From Octopus sinensis (lineage: Eukaryota): DNA of 64,000 bases. The stretch is taken from the NCBI RefSeq assembly GCF_006345805.1, contig NC_042997.1:178374001-178438000 (forward strand). The letters run 5' to 3'. Below are positions 23,620 to 35,123 of the stretch, piece by piece (the stretch's first letter is position 1; every line of letters starts with the position of its first letter). The notes below the pieces were generated by a model that ran no database searches, was not told the DNA's origin, and saw nothing but the letters and a program-made list of their open reading frames with translations. Position numbers and translations under genes: made by a program.

Positions 23620-24552
23620 TAATTTTTATATATTTCAGGCATAAGACCCCATCATCAGGAGTTATCTGATTAAAGTAACGTAAATTTATGCAGATCTGGT
23701 CATATTGAGTGTCGTGTAAGCAGTGATTCAGCTTTGTCCGTTTACATGGTGGTATTGGCAAAGGACGAATGTAGTAGCAGGACCCGTTCTCCCCGAACGG
23801 TGCTGGCAGTGGTTGTAGGGGTCACAGTTGGGATGGTAGTGGATGGCTAGCTGTAGGCTGGCAGTAGTTGTGGTGAAGATAACTGCCTACATTGTTACTA
23901 GTGGTGGTGATGGGTGTTGGATATAGTAGTCGGTTCTAAGATGCTGGTCGGCAACTGCAGTCATCGCAGTGGTGATATTGGTTGTGTCAGTGGCGAACTT
24001 TGTGCTGGCAGGCAGCTGCAAAAATCATCATTGTAGGGGTGATGATATTGGCCACGGCTGCAGCGAAGTTAGTGACAGCAGGTAGTTTATAACAGTCACC
24101 AGTCTAACTCTGATCGATTGTTAATCATCAGGATGGGTCGATGAATTATCAAGTATTCTTTGATCCGGAGGTTACCAATATTTGTCTGTGGACATTATGG
24201 AAGCGTGTATCGTTGGTGCTATTGTTACATTTCAGGATGTATTTGCAGAATGATGTGTGTCTCGTCAGGTGTTCCTTCACCCGGATGTAGAATGGTCGGA
24301 TCGTATTGTTGATGTAGTCGTCGCATTTGGAACACCCGTAACTGGTAGACCACATGTGTCCGTGGACACTTGTTCGTGTTGCGGATGGGATAGTTGGCTA
24401 ATGTTCAGGGGGTGTTGTTCAATGTGACCTTTCGCTGACAGACCTGTAGAAACAGCTGTGCGGGTTTGGATGTTACGACCTTCATTGCTGATGGCCTTAA
24501 TGATGTCACTAGTGGTCCTCTCAAGTTCCACTGCAGCACTTTCGGCAAGCAC
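23620..24552 (-). mobile_element. Penelope-like element 3' fragment (GIY-YIG endonuclease remnant, 3' UTR, hammerhead remnant)
   Basis: With one frameshift the minus strand reads THVVYQLR-CSKCDDYINNTIRPFYIRVKEHLTRHTSF (VVY..YIG.T.R...R.KEH pattern). Downstream is CUGAUGA-U-GGGG..GCCU-GAAA-UAUA-UA at 23658-23627. Confidence 0.8.
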
Positions 24553-25188
24553 CTTCCACTATAGCCATGGGCCGACCAATGCCTTGCAAGTGAACTTGGT
24601 AGACAGAAACTGTGTAGAAGATCGTTGTGTTTGTGTGTGTGTGTGTTCGTCTCCATCACCGCTTGACAACCAGTGTTGATTTATTTATGCCCCTGTAACT
24701 TAATGGTTCTGCAAAAGAGACTGATAAAATAAACACTGGGGTAGATTTGTTCGACTCAGCCTTCAAAATGGTGCTTCTGCATGGCTGCAGTCCAATGACA
24801 GAAACAAATAAAAGATTATATATATATATACATACAAAGAAAAAAGACAAATCAGTACGTTGTATGCAACCAATGGAATCCTCGTGAAAGTGTTGAGTTT
24901 CTAAAAAAAAAACTATTTGTCTGCCTATGTTTGGAAATAAACTTCGGTGAGTTATCCTTATTTTTTTTCTGAATTATTTCAAATTATAAAGGTGATTTAT
25001 GGACACACACACACACACTCACGCACACATTCTCTCTCTCCCTATCTCTCCCTCTGTATATATATATATATATATTATATATATATATATATATAAAGTT
25101 AATCCAAACAAGAAAGCACAAAAAAAACACAACAACGCGAGGACGTGGAACAAATATAGTATTATTGGACGCTCAGGAAAGAAGGAGG

Positions 25189-25223
25189 GTTTAACGTTTC
25201 GAGCGGAGCTCTTCGTCGGAAAC
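25189..25223 (-). ncRNA. 35-nt minimal type I hammerhead fold (U4C)
   Basis: GUUU-CCGACGA-A-GAGC-UCC-GCUC-GAAA-CG-UU^AAAC. Helices I and II pair fully; helix III is the palindrome ACGU. Confidence 0.7.
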
Positions 25224-25544
25224 ATAGGAGAAGGAAAGATCCAGAGAAGGGAAGACAGAGGGGAAAAAGCGCCAACGGTACACTAGTTTTCAGGCCAGCA
25301 ATTTTGGGAGAGGAGAGTAGTCGATTTCATCGACCCCAGTACTCAACTGATACTTATTTTAGCGACTCTGAAAGGATGAAAGGCAAAGTCGACCTCTGGA
25401 ATTTGAATTCAGAACGTAAAGACGGAGGAAATGCTACCAAGCCTTTTTCTGCAGCGAATTTACGATTCTCGCTGCTCGCCGTCTTATGTTCAATTATAAT
25501 AGTAATACTTACACTCCGTCGGTTACGACGACGTGATTTCCAGT

Positions 25545-25830
25545 CGATCCGATCAACAGAACAGCCTGCTCGTGAAATTAACGTGCGTGTGGCTGAGTAC
25601 TCCATAGACACGAGTACCCTCAACGCAGTTCTTAGGGAGATTCAGCGTGACATAGAGTATGACAAGGTTGGCCTTTTGAAATACTGGTACTACTCATTTT
25701 TGCCAGCTGAGCGGATAGGAGCAACACTAAATAAAGTGCCATACTCAAGGATACAACGCGTCGCCGAGGATTGAACTCACGACCTTGCAATCGTGAGCCG
25801 AATACCCTTACCACTAAGCCACGCGCCTCA
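25545..25830 (-). mobile_element. tRNA/CORE SINE (family D subfamily)
   Basis: Head gaggcgcgtggcttagtggtaagggtattcggctcacgattgcaaggtcgtgagttcaatcc on the minus strand. Confidence 0.8.
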
Positions 25831-25890
25831 ACTAATAGTAATAATAATAAGAAAAAAACTCGATTTTACACTAATCTGAAAGATTACTCG

Positions 25891-25937
25891 GACAGTCCGA
25901 TGATGGCTTAGCTGGCCGAAACTTCGAAGTCACTGTC
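25891..25937 (+). ncRNA. Minimal type I hammerhead fold (U4C, GUC site)
   Basis: GACAGU-CCGAUGA-U-GGCU-uagcu-GGCC-GAAA-CUUCGAAG-UC^ACUGUC. Helix I is 6 bp and helix III is palindromic. Degenerate copies at 36169-36212 and 37098-37188. Confidence 0.75.
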
Positions 25938-25959
25938 ATTCATGTTAAAGAATTATATA

Positions 25960-26064
<105 letters not shown>

Positions 26065-26281
26065 CACACACACATACACACACACACATATGTGACTAGG
26101 GTGTTAGAAACAACTACATTGCTAGAAATAAGACCTAAAATGCTCTAATGCTGTAGTCAACGCTCATAAATATAAACGTATACACTAACAGAGACCTTAA
26201 TCGTCTGAACAGCCTAGTCACATCTAGTGACAATTATAATTTTCCTTTTTCGTGAAATATTGCAAACTGCTGTTTATATTA

Positions 26282-26399
<118 letters not shown>

Positions 26400-26728
26400 T
26401 ATGTATATATAAACCTTTGACTCTGTAACACTGTATATAAATTCCCTACTGGGGATGACCAAGTTTAAAAATCTGCTGAGATCTCACTCATAAGGGAATC
26501 TTACATTGCTTATAAACTCTATATTTGGAAGGACTCATATTAAACCCTGTTGGACTTTTGGATTTTACTCAAAGAATATTGGAATATTGCATATATTCCA
26601 TTATTCCTATAAAACGGATTTACAACTTCAATACCCATACATATCTTACATTTATTTTCTTTCTTCCACCTCACTCTCTATTTTGTATCACATCTAAACT
26701 AACTATGACTTAATTTTCCTCTCACATC

Positions 26729-26780
26729 GTCTCCGATAAAGGGATATTATTTATTAATATCCTAGAAACAGCTGTAAGAC
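26729..26780 (+). ncRNA. Degenerate hammerhead fold (U4C, G8A in this copy)
   Basis: GUCU-CCGAUAA-A-GGGAUAUU-auuuauu-AAUAUCCU-A-GAAA-CAGCUG-UA^AGAC. Confidence 0.6.
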
Positions 26781-26934
26781 CTTCTATCTATAAATGCTCT
26801 AATATCTATACAGCCTTGGTTTTTTTATCTTATTACGCAAAACATTCTTATATATATATATATATATATATATACCAGAGTAAGCACATAAATGTGAAAT
26901 TAAGTGGATTAAAAGACATCACAAAACTCTTACT

Positions 26935-27500
26935 CAGGTGTGGGAGAGGAGAAGCTGATTGCACTTCAGTACTTGATTGGTACTTTATTTTATCGACCTC
27001 AAAAGGGATGAAAGGCAAAGTCGACCTCGGCTGCTTTTGAACTCAGAACGTAATACTGCTAAGTACTTTGTCCGACGTGCTAACGATTCTGCCAGCTCAT
27101 CGCCTTTATGAATAATTGTTTCTGATGTAAAGCTCAAGACCTGACATTTGGTGGTGGTGGTAGGTTGTTAGTTGATACCATTGATCCTTGTACTTTATTT
27201 TATTAAACTCGGAAGGCAAAGTTGACTTCGGTAAGATTTGAACTTAGAATATAAAGAGCCGGAACAAATAATGTAAAGTAATTTTCTCCGACGTTCTAAC
27301 AATATTTCTAGCTGACATTAGACTGCTGGGAAAATTTTAACAGAAGAAAGGGTTAGTTCAGTCAACATTAGTACTTGACTGGCATTCGTTTTATCAAACC
27401 ACCCACCTCTTAGAAATATGATGATAACTAAGGTCACCTTTTCAGGATTTGAACTCGGAATGCAAGGTGATGTGACTAAATATAGCTAGTCATTTTATCT
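26935..27500 (-). mobile_element. Three consecutive degenerate Deu/Nin-domain SINEs
   Basis: Repeated gaaaggcaaagtcgacctcgg..tttgaactcagaa motif at about 27010, 27215 and 27440. Confidence 0.65.
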
Positions 27501-28287
27501 ACTGCTCCACTGATTCTGTCAAATCCAAATGACATTGTAAGATTAGTGAATATTGTCTGAAAGAACCAAAACCAAACTGCATATAATTGTATCTGAAAGC
27601 GAACCTAAATATATTCAATTTAACGAACTTAAATAAAAGAGGGGAAAAAAAGTATGAAGAAATAAAATAACTGATGGAACTGTCTGACATATTGAAATGA
27701 GACTGAATAAATTTATTTTATTTGTTACAGAGTTTTTCAATGACAATTTTTTTTCTGTTTTTCTCATTCAAAGTAGCAAGAAGTGGATGATTATTGATTG
27801 AAAAACATGATAAAACAAGATAAAAACAAGATAAAACAATGTAAATAGATTCAACGCTTGTGTTATGCGTATCTCTGTGTGCCGTAGTAGGATTTAAATG
27901 TACTTTAACTGGTTTTATTTAAATTTCACAACGTTTTTTCTTGAGGTTTCTAAGTTCATACTATTGTGATCCAGGAGGACTGGTTCATATCTCGTTGCTT
28001 CATTGATAATGAGTATAAAGCAAAATTTATATTTGGGGTACCGCATTTATAAACTCTCTATTAGTAGTCCGTAAATAGTTTCATTTTCTTGTATTTCGAT
28101 GTTGCAATTTTGTGCAGGCATGGCTGTGCAGTTAAGAAGTTCGCTTTCCAACCACATAGTTTAGGGTTCAGTTCTGCTCCGTAACCAAAACCCTTGTGAG
28201 CGGATTTGGTAGAAGTCACTGTAAAAAAGCTCGTCATACACACACACACACACACACACACACCACACACACACACACACACACACG

Positions 28288-28489
28288 TAACGGGTGCTGA
28301 AAAGTTCATGGCTTTAAGGGTATCGCGAAAGGTCTGGCTGAAGGTCCATCATTCGGAGTTCTTCAGAAAAACTGAAGGACCTCTGTGTCAAATTGAGAGG
28401 GGAATATATTGGAATAAAATTGAAAATCATTACGAACTGACCCTCCTATATTTTATTTTACCCAAAGTCAAGAACTTTTAGTAATTCTC

Positions 28490-28492
<3 letters not shown>
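28288..28492 (+). mobile_element. Mariner-derived deletion derivative (MITE)
   Basis: Imperfect TIRs cgggtgctgaaaagttcatggcttt / aaagtcaagaacttttagtaattctcgTA. Internal CVKLRGEYI resembles a mariner transposase C-terminus. Confidence 0.6.
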
Positions 28493-28539
<47 letters not shown>

Positions 28540-28542
28540 TCG

Positions 28543-28576
<34 letters not shown>

Positions 28577-28599
28577 TATATATATATATATATATTATC

Positions 28600-28638
<39 letters not shown>

Positions 28639-28642
28639 CTCT

Positions 28643-28840
28643 CTTTACTCTTTTACTTGTTTCAGTCATGCGACTGTAGCCATGCTAGAGTACCGCCTTT
28701 AGTTGAGCAAATCGACCCCATTCTTTGTAAGCCTAGTACTTATTCTATCGGTCTCTTTTGCCGAACTGCTAATTTACAGGGACGTAAACACACCAGCATT
28801 GGTTGTCAAGCGATGTTGGGAGGGGGGGGGACAAACACAG

Positions 28841-28918
<78 letters not shown>

Positions 28919-29074
28919 GACGGGCTTCTTTCAGTTTCCAAATCTACCAAATCCATTCACAAGGCTTTAGTCGGCCCGAGGCTATAGTAGAAGACACTTT
29001 CCCAAGGTGCCACGCAGTGGAACTGAACCCGGAACCATGTGGCTGGTAAACAAGCTACTTACCTCACAGCCACT

Positions 29075-29077
<3 letters not shown>
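28643..29077 (-). mobile_element. SINE family B
   Basis: Reverse complement of the family B consensus with an expanded (CA)n(TA)n middle. Confidence 0.85.
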
Positions 29078-29140
<63 letters not shown>

Positions 29141-29709
29141 TGCGTCTATGTGTATGGTATGTTTATGTCTACTTTTCTTGACACTGGGTGATAGATGTAA
29201 ATGAGTATCATCGTTATACAAGCGGTGTTACTTATTTTTAATCTTCAATGAAAAAATCTGGCCAGGGGGAAATATCTTACTTGGAAACAAGAAAGAATTG
29301 GTGAAATACATCTGGTCATAGAAAATATGCCTCAGCGAATTCCGTTCAACCAATGCAAGCATAGAAATGTGGACGTTAAGACGACGAGGATGATGGTTAA
29401 TGGTGATGACGATATTGGTGAGGGTCTCAAATGTAAATGAGTATCATCGTCATAGTATATCCATTTGAGTATCTCTTTTTAAGACATGGATTTGATTTGA
29501 GAGACATTTCGGCAATAGAATTATGCACATACTTATGTGTGTGTGTGTGTGTGTGTGATAGATACAACTTACTCCCTGTCTTTCCAAAACTCGACACCGG
29601 ATTAAATTCAGTTCGTGTTATTAGTGTATGTATGTATGTGTGTGCGTGTGTGCGCGTGCGTACGTGTGTGCATTAGAGCAGTGTGTTTGAATGAAGTATT
29701 GTATGTTAG

Positions 29710-29965
29710 GCGGAGGCGCGTGGCTTAGTGGTTAGGGTGTCAGTATCATGATCGTAAGATTGTCGTTTCGATTCCTGGACCGGGCGACGCGTTGTGTTCT
29801 TGAGCAAAACACTACATTTCACGTTGCTCCAGTCCACCCAGCTGGCAAAAATGAGTAACGCTGCGATGGACTGGCGTCCCGGCCAGCTGGGGAACAGATA
29901 CACATTTGAAACCGGAAAACCGGGCCCATGACCCTGGATAAGCTTTAAAAGGGCGCATTTATTAT
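29710..29965 (+). mobile_element. tRNA/CORE/V-like SINE (family D)
   Basis: ggaggcgcgtggcttagtggttagg...gtttcgattcc head, tgtgttcttgagcaaaacact and gctgcgatggactggcgtccc. Second copy at 37893-38140. Confidence 0.85.
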
Positions 29966-30224
29966 TTTTTCTATTGTATGTTAGAGTTGTTGACATTGTT
30001 TAAAAGCAAGTATAACGCAAATTAGAAATTAAGGAGCGAAAATGAAGACAAAGCAATGCATTACACTTTATCTAATATTTCAATATTTCGAGCTTGAAAC
30101 AACTTTATCAAAAGGAAATACAGGAAAGTGATGAGCTGTATCTTTTGCTCAGATATGAAGAAGGTTAAGATGCAACGTGCACAGACATATATTGTCCTAA
30201 TCTATCCGCTTTGTGCAATTCGCA

Positions 30225-30537
30225 TCTCTCTCGTCGCCCTTTTCAAGCCTAGCCAGGCTCATGGGCCCGGTTTCCCGGTTTCTGTGGCGTATGTGTTCCC
30301 CCCAGCTGGACGGGACGCCAGTCCATCACAGCGTTACTCAAGAAACAGGAAGAGAGAGAGTGAGAGAAAGTTGTGGCGGAAGAGTACAACCGGGGTCGCC
30401 ACAACCCCCTGCCGAGCCTCGTGGAGCTTTTAGGTGTTTTCGTTCAATAAACACACACAACGCCCGGTCTGGGAATCGAAACCGCGATCCTCCGACCGTG
30501 AGTCCGCTGCCCTAACCACTGCCATTGCGCCTCCACG
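30225..30537 (-). mobile_element. SINE family E
   Basis: tRNA head at 30460-30537 (minus); shares its V-like domain and tail with family D. Confidence 0.8.
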
Positions 30538-31036
30538 CAATTCGCATCGACTGTTAATAAATTCATTCACATATTTAATGAGGATGGTTTCCTTGATCCT
30601 CAAATTAATTTCTGGTGCTCTGTCGTCTTGGCAACCAATATGTCTAAGCTGTGGAATTCCGACAAGCGTTTCTTAATTGATGTGTTTTGTTTGTCTACAC
30701 GTGTTCCTTAAGGCTGAAATGCAGTCTTCTGATAGTGCTTCCGATGTGGGAACTGCCATTGTGCTTATTGCAGACTATTTGGCTTTTGTGGTATATGATT
30801 TGCACATAGGCTTTGTAGCATATTTCTACATTAATAATCGGGGAAGTTGACCAGTGTGTGAACAATGCTGCTGCCTGTTAAATGATTCCTAGTACTCTAG
30901 TTATGCTAGTATTAATGTATTTAATGCGCACAACATTAAAAGATAAGCAGGAATAAATATGTGACGAGTACAAAAAATGATATTGGCGATTGACTAACAT
31001 TATTTTAATTGTCTCAGCAAAAACCGGAGACAACTC

Positions 31037-31465
31037 GGATCTTTTCGGTTTGAACGGCAGTTTTTTAAAATAATTCCCACGTAACTAAACACTTTTAAAC
31101 TTCGTATACTGGTAGAATGTGTTTATAAAACATCTTTTTCTCTTGGCTTTATTGAGAAAATTCTATAGTTTGTAAGATATTTGTTGTTTTTTTTCCTTCA
31201 ATTTCTGCAATTTCAACCAATCAATGACGACTATTGAGTTGGAAACATTCTGTGCCGTATGAATATGTCCCTCGTTTAAGAAACAGATTGGGTTTATTTA
31301 CATTTCGGAAGAAAAAAAAGATACCCTTCTCCCACCCCTAACCCTAACCCTAACTAACCCTAAAACAGATTGAAATGCAATAGATCGATACTAGAGTCAT
31401 AATTATGGGTGACAATTTCATATGACACCGCTAGAAAAAAACTGCCGTTCAAACCGAAAAGATCC
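31037..31465. mobile_element. GG-TIR MITE (inverted copy of 18778-19196)
   Basis: Same TIRs and internal sequence, including (TTAGGG)-like repeats. Confidence 0.85.
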
Positions 31466-31627
31466 AAAATATTAGCCATTGACTAACATTATTTTAATTT
31501 TCTCAGAAAAAACAGGAAGACAACTCTTGAGATGAAAATGCCTTGTAGCAGTTGAAAGAGCACTGAACTGGGATCGCCGACCCTGCGTCATTGTATTACT
31601 GTCGTTATTTAACCCGAAGCCAGCTTT

Positions 31628-31629
<2 letters not shown>

Positions 31630-31659
<30 letters not shown>

Positions 31660-31705
31660 TGTATGTATGTATGTATGTATGTATGTATGTATGTGTGTGT
31701 GTGTG

Positions 31706-31737
<32 letters not shown>

Positions 31738-31751
31738 TGTGTGTGTGTGTG

Positions 31752-31783
<32 letters not shown>

Positions 31784-32207
31784 TGTGTGTATGTGTGTAT
31801 GTGAATGTGTGTATGTATGTATGTATGTATGTATGTATGTATGTATGTATGTATGTATGTGTGTATGTATGTATGTGTGCATGTGTGTATGTATTTATGT
31901 ATGTATGTGTATGTATGTATGTATGTATGTATGCATGCATGTATATATGCATGCATGCATGTATATATGTACGCATGCATGAATGTATGCATGCATGTAT
32001 GTATGCATGTATGTATGCATGTATATATGCATGTATGTATGCATGCATGTATGTATGCATGCATGTATGTATGCATGCATGCATGTATGTATGTATGCAT
32101 GCATGCATGTATGTATGTACACGCATGTATGTATGTATGTATGTATGTATGTATGTATGTATGTATGTATGTATGTATGTATGTATGTATGTACGTATGT
32201 ATGCATG
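31630..32207. repeat. (TATG/CATG)n tetranucleotide microsatellite
   Basis: Direct reading. It is the source of the MYVC and HTYI pseudo-ORFs. Confidence 0.95.
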
Positions 32208-32564
32208 TATTTCTCTTTCTCTTATTCTGTGCAGTCAAGTATAACGTACATTTTTAAGTGCGTATGCCGCTGGGAGAAGAAATTTCCTGGCGTTTCGGAG
32301 CAAATTTTTCACCGGAGAGAAGAAACGTTTTTTGCGTCTTTCAACTATCAAAACCTTGGTGAAATACACACACACACACGCACACACACACACACACTCA
32401 CACACACACACACACTCACACACACACACAAACACACACGCACATACACACCCGCGCGTACATATGTATTATACTATATATTATAATATATATTATAATA
32501 AATATTGATATATCTATTTGCCATGCATATGTACATACACACAGTATGTGTGTGCGTGTATATA

Positions 32565-32606
<42 letters not shown>

Positions 32607-32635
32607 GCCACGCATATATACACACAGTATGTGTG

Positions 32636-32684
<49 letters not shown>

Positions 32685-32732
32685 ATATGCCATGCATATA
32701 TACATACATACGGTATGTATGTGCGTATATAT

Positions 32733-32790
<58 letters not shown>

Positions 32791-32972
32791 TGTGTGTGTA
32801 TACGTATGCGTGTATGTGTTATATATCATTATGTGTGTGTATGTGTGTGTGTGTGTGTGTACATGTTTATTGATTGTGATTGCTAGGTGGCAGCTGTCCT
32901 GGTTTTGCTATCCAAGTCTACTGCAAAGAGTCTTGGGGGAAGACAACGTATTACTTCAGACAGCAGGCACAT

Positions 32973-33075
<103 letters not shown>

Positions 33076-33612
33076 TTACACACAAACACACACGCGCACA
33101 CAGTATGTTCTTTAGTGTCGTATGTTGGTCGGATTCTCTTAATGTCAACAATGTTGATAACTGACAAGCTTCAATTCCTCCAAGACAATGCGCACACACA
33201 CACGCGCACACACACAACACACACACACATAATACACACATACATACGCATATGTATAAAAAATATATGCATACAGAGCAACCATTACATTACATACACT
33301 CACACATCAGCAACAATCGATAGTATAGTAGAACCACACACACACCACACACACACACACACGCACATACGTACATAGATACATGCATACATACATACAT
33401 AGATACATACATAGATACATACATACATGCATGCATAATACATACATACATACGCATATGTATAAAAAATATACGCAGAGACAATCACAACATTATATAC
33501 ACTTACACACACATCAGCAACAATCGATAGCATAGGAGAACCAAACACACACTCTCTCTCTCTCTTACACACACACAAACACACATTCTCTCCCTCGCGC
33601 ACAGACACACAC

Positions 33613-33646
<34 letters not shown>

Positions 33647-34550
33647 CACACACACATACATACACACTCTCTCTCCCTCTCTTTCTCACTCACACACACA
33701 CGTGCTTGAGGCCATTTTTTTCCTCCCCATAGAAGGTTATGATCTCAAACAGCAAACAAACTTAAAAGGTTTCATGTATATATTTGTAATAAAAAATGTC
33801 GACTTAGACCACCGCTAGTTTCCTTGGATCGTTTTTCTGCTTTGCCACACACACACACACACAACATATGTATATATGTGTGTATGAATAATGAGCACTA
33901 ACGATAAAAAAGAGTGAAAAGCAATGAAAATTTAGACTTCATCAGCAGGCTTACTAAGGATTGTGACGGTTTCGACTCCTTGAGACGGAACCGCATATGC
34001 TACGGGTGTTATCAATCAATGGACACGGTGAGACAGTGGTGAAGCAACAGAAAAAGAGAAATGAAAGTGTAAGAAAAAGATATATGGTTAAGACAAACAG
34101 TTAGGACATAAGCAAAAACATAGGTCTATATACGATAGAATGAAAATAAACTACAAGACTTTAAGTCAATTACCATCGAAATAAAACAAAACAACACTAT
34201 TCTATTAACGAGTACGATGCGGAAGGGAAAGGAAAGAAAAGACACGATAAGCGTTTAGACAATGTCCTTTAACCAATAGCCGAGAAGACAAGTTGAAAGG
34301 CAGGAGTTCATTGAGTATAATGGAAGTAGGAAGTGACGAGCTAGGAACGGAAGAAGGCACAACATAGAAAGGAAATGACGCAACATAGTAGCCAACTTCG
34401 TATATATATATGTATGTAGTTGTCATCTGTGTCTGTGTTTGTTCATCTAACTATCACTTGACAACCGCTGCTGGTGTGTTTACGTCCCCGTCACTTAGCG
34501 GTTCGGCAAAAAGAGCTCTATAAAATAAGTACTAGACTTACAAAGAATAA

Positions 34551-34635
34551 TGCATATGCCACGTGTATATGGCGTAGTGGTTAAGAGTGCAGGCTACTAA
34601 CCCCAAGATTCCGAGTTCGATTCCAGGCAGTGACC

Positions 34636-34680
<45 letters not shown>

Positions 34681-34810
34681 GCATCGAAAATACCTTAGGA
34701 ATGAGAACCCAGGTTCTGATGAAGGCTGGAGGGTATATCAGCCGAAACGTTGTGTTAACAACAGACAAGATGAGGACAAATATCTGTCAAATGTAAATAA
34801 TGTAAATAAT
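34551..34810 (+). mobile_element. tRNA-headed SINE (family F) with internal (AAT)n and hammerhead-bearing tail, inserted in a family B SINE
   Basis: 13-bp TSD TTACAAAGAATAA (34538-34550 and 34811-34823). A-box TGGCGTAGTGG, B-box GAGTTCGATTCC. CTGATGA-A-GGCTG...CAGCC-GAAA-CG-TT-GTGTT at 34716-34756. Ends in repeated aatgtaaat. Confidence 0.85.
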
Positions 34811-34955
34811 TTACAAAGAATAAGTCCTGGGGTCAATTTGTTCAACTAAAGGCGATGCTCCAGCATGGCCGCAATCAAATGACTGAAACAAGTAAAAGAA
34901 TGAAAAAATAAATGCATATATATATATTTATGCATGCATGATCTCTGTCTCTCCC

Positions 34956-34988
<33 letters not shown>

Positions 34989-35030
34989 GTCTCTGTCTCT
35001 CTCTCTGTGTCTGTCTGTCTCTCTGTCTCT

Positions 35031-35123
<93 letters not shown>

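Noticed and set aside
33935-34035. Possible U3/A8 hammerhead on the minus strand (UUGAUAA...GAAA-CCG-UC^ACAAU) and an adjacent CUGAUGA
   Set aside because: The helix II base does not pair, helix I has a mismatch, and the second core has no GAAA partner. Too degenerate to call.
34565-34630. tRNA gene (apparent ACT anticodon)
   Set aside because: The acceptor stem does not close and the sequence is the head of a TSD-flanked SINE. The same reasoning applies to the other tRNA-like heads.
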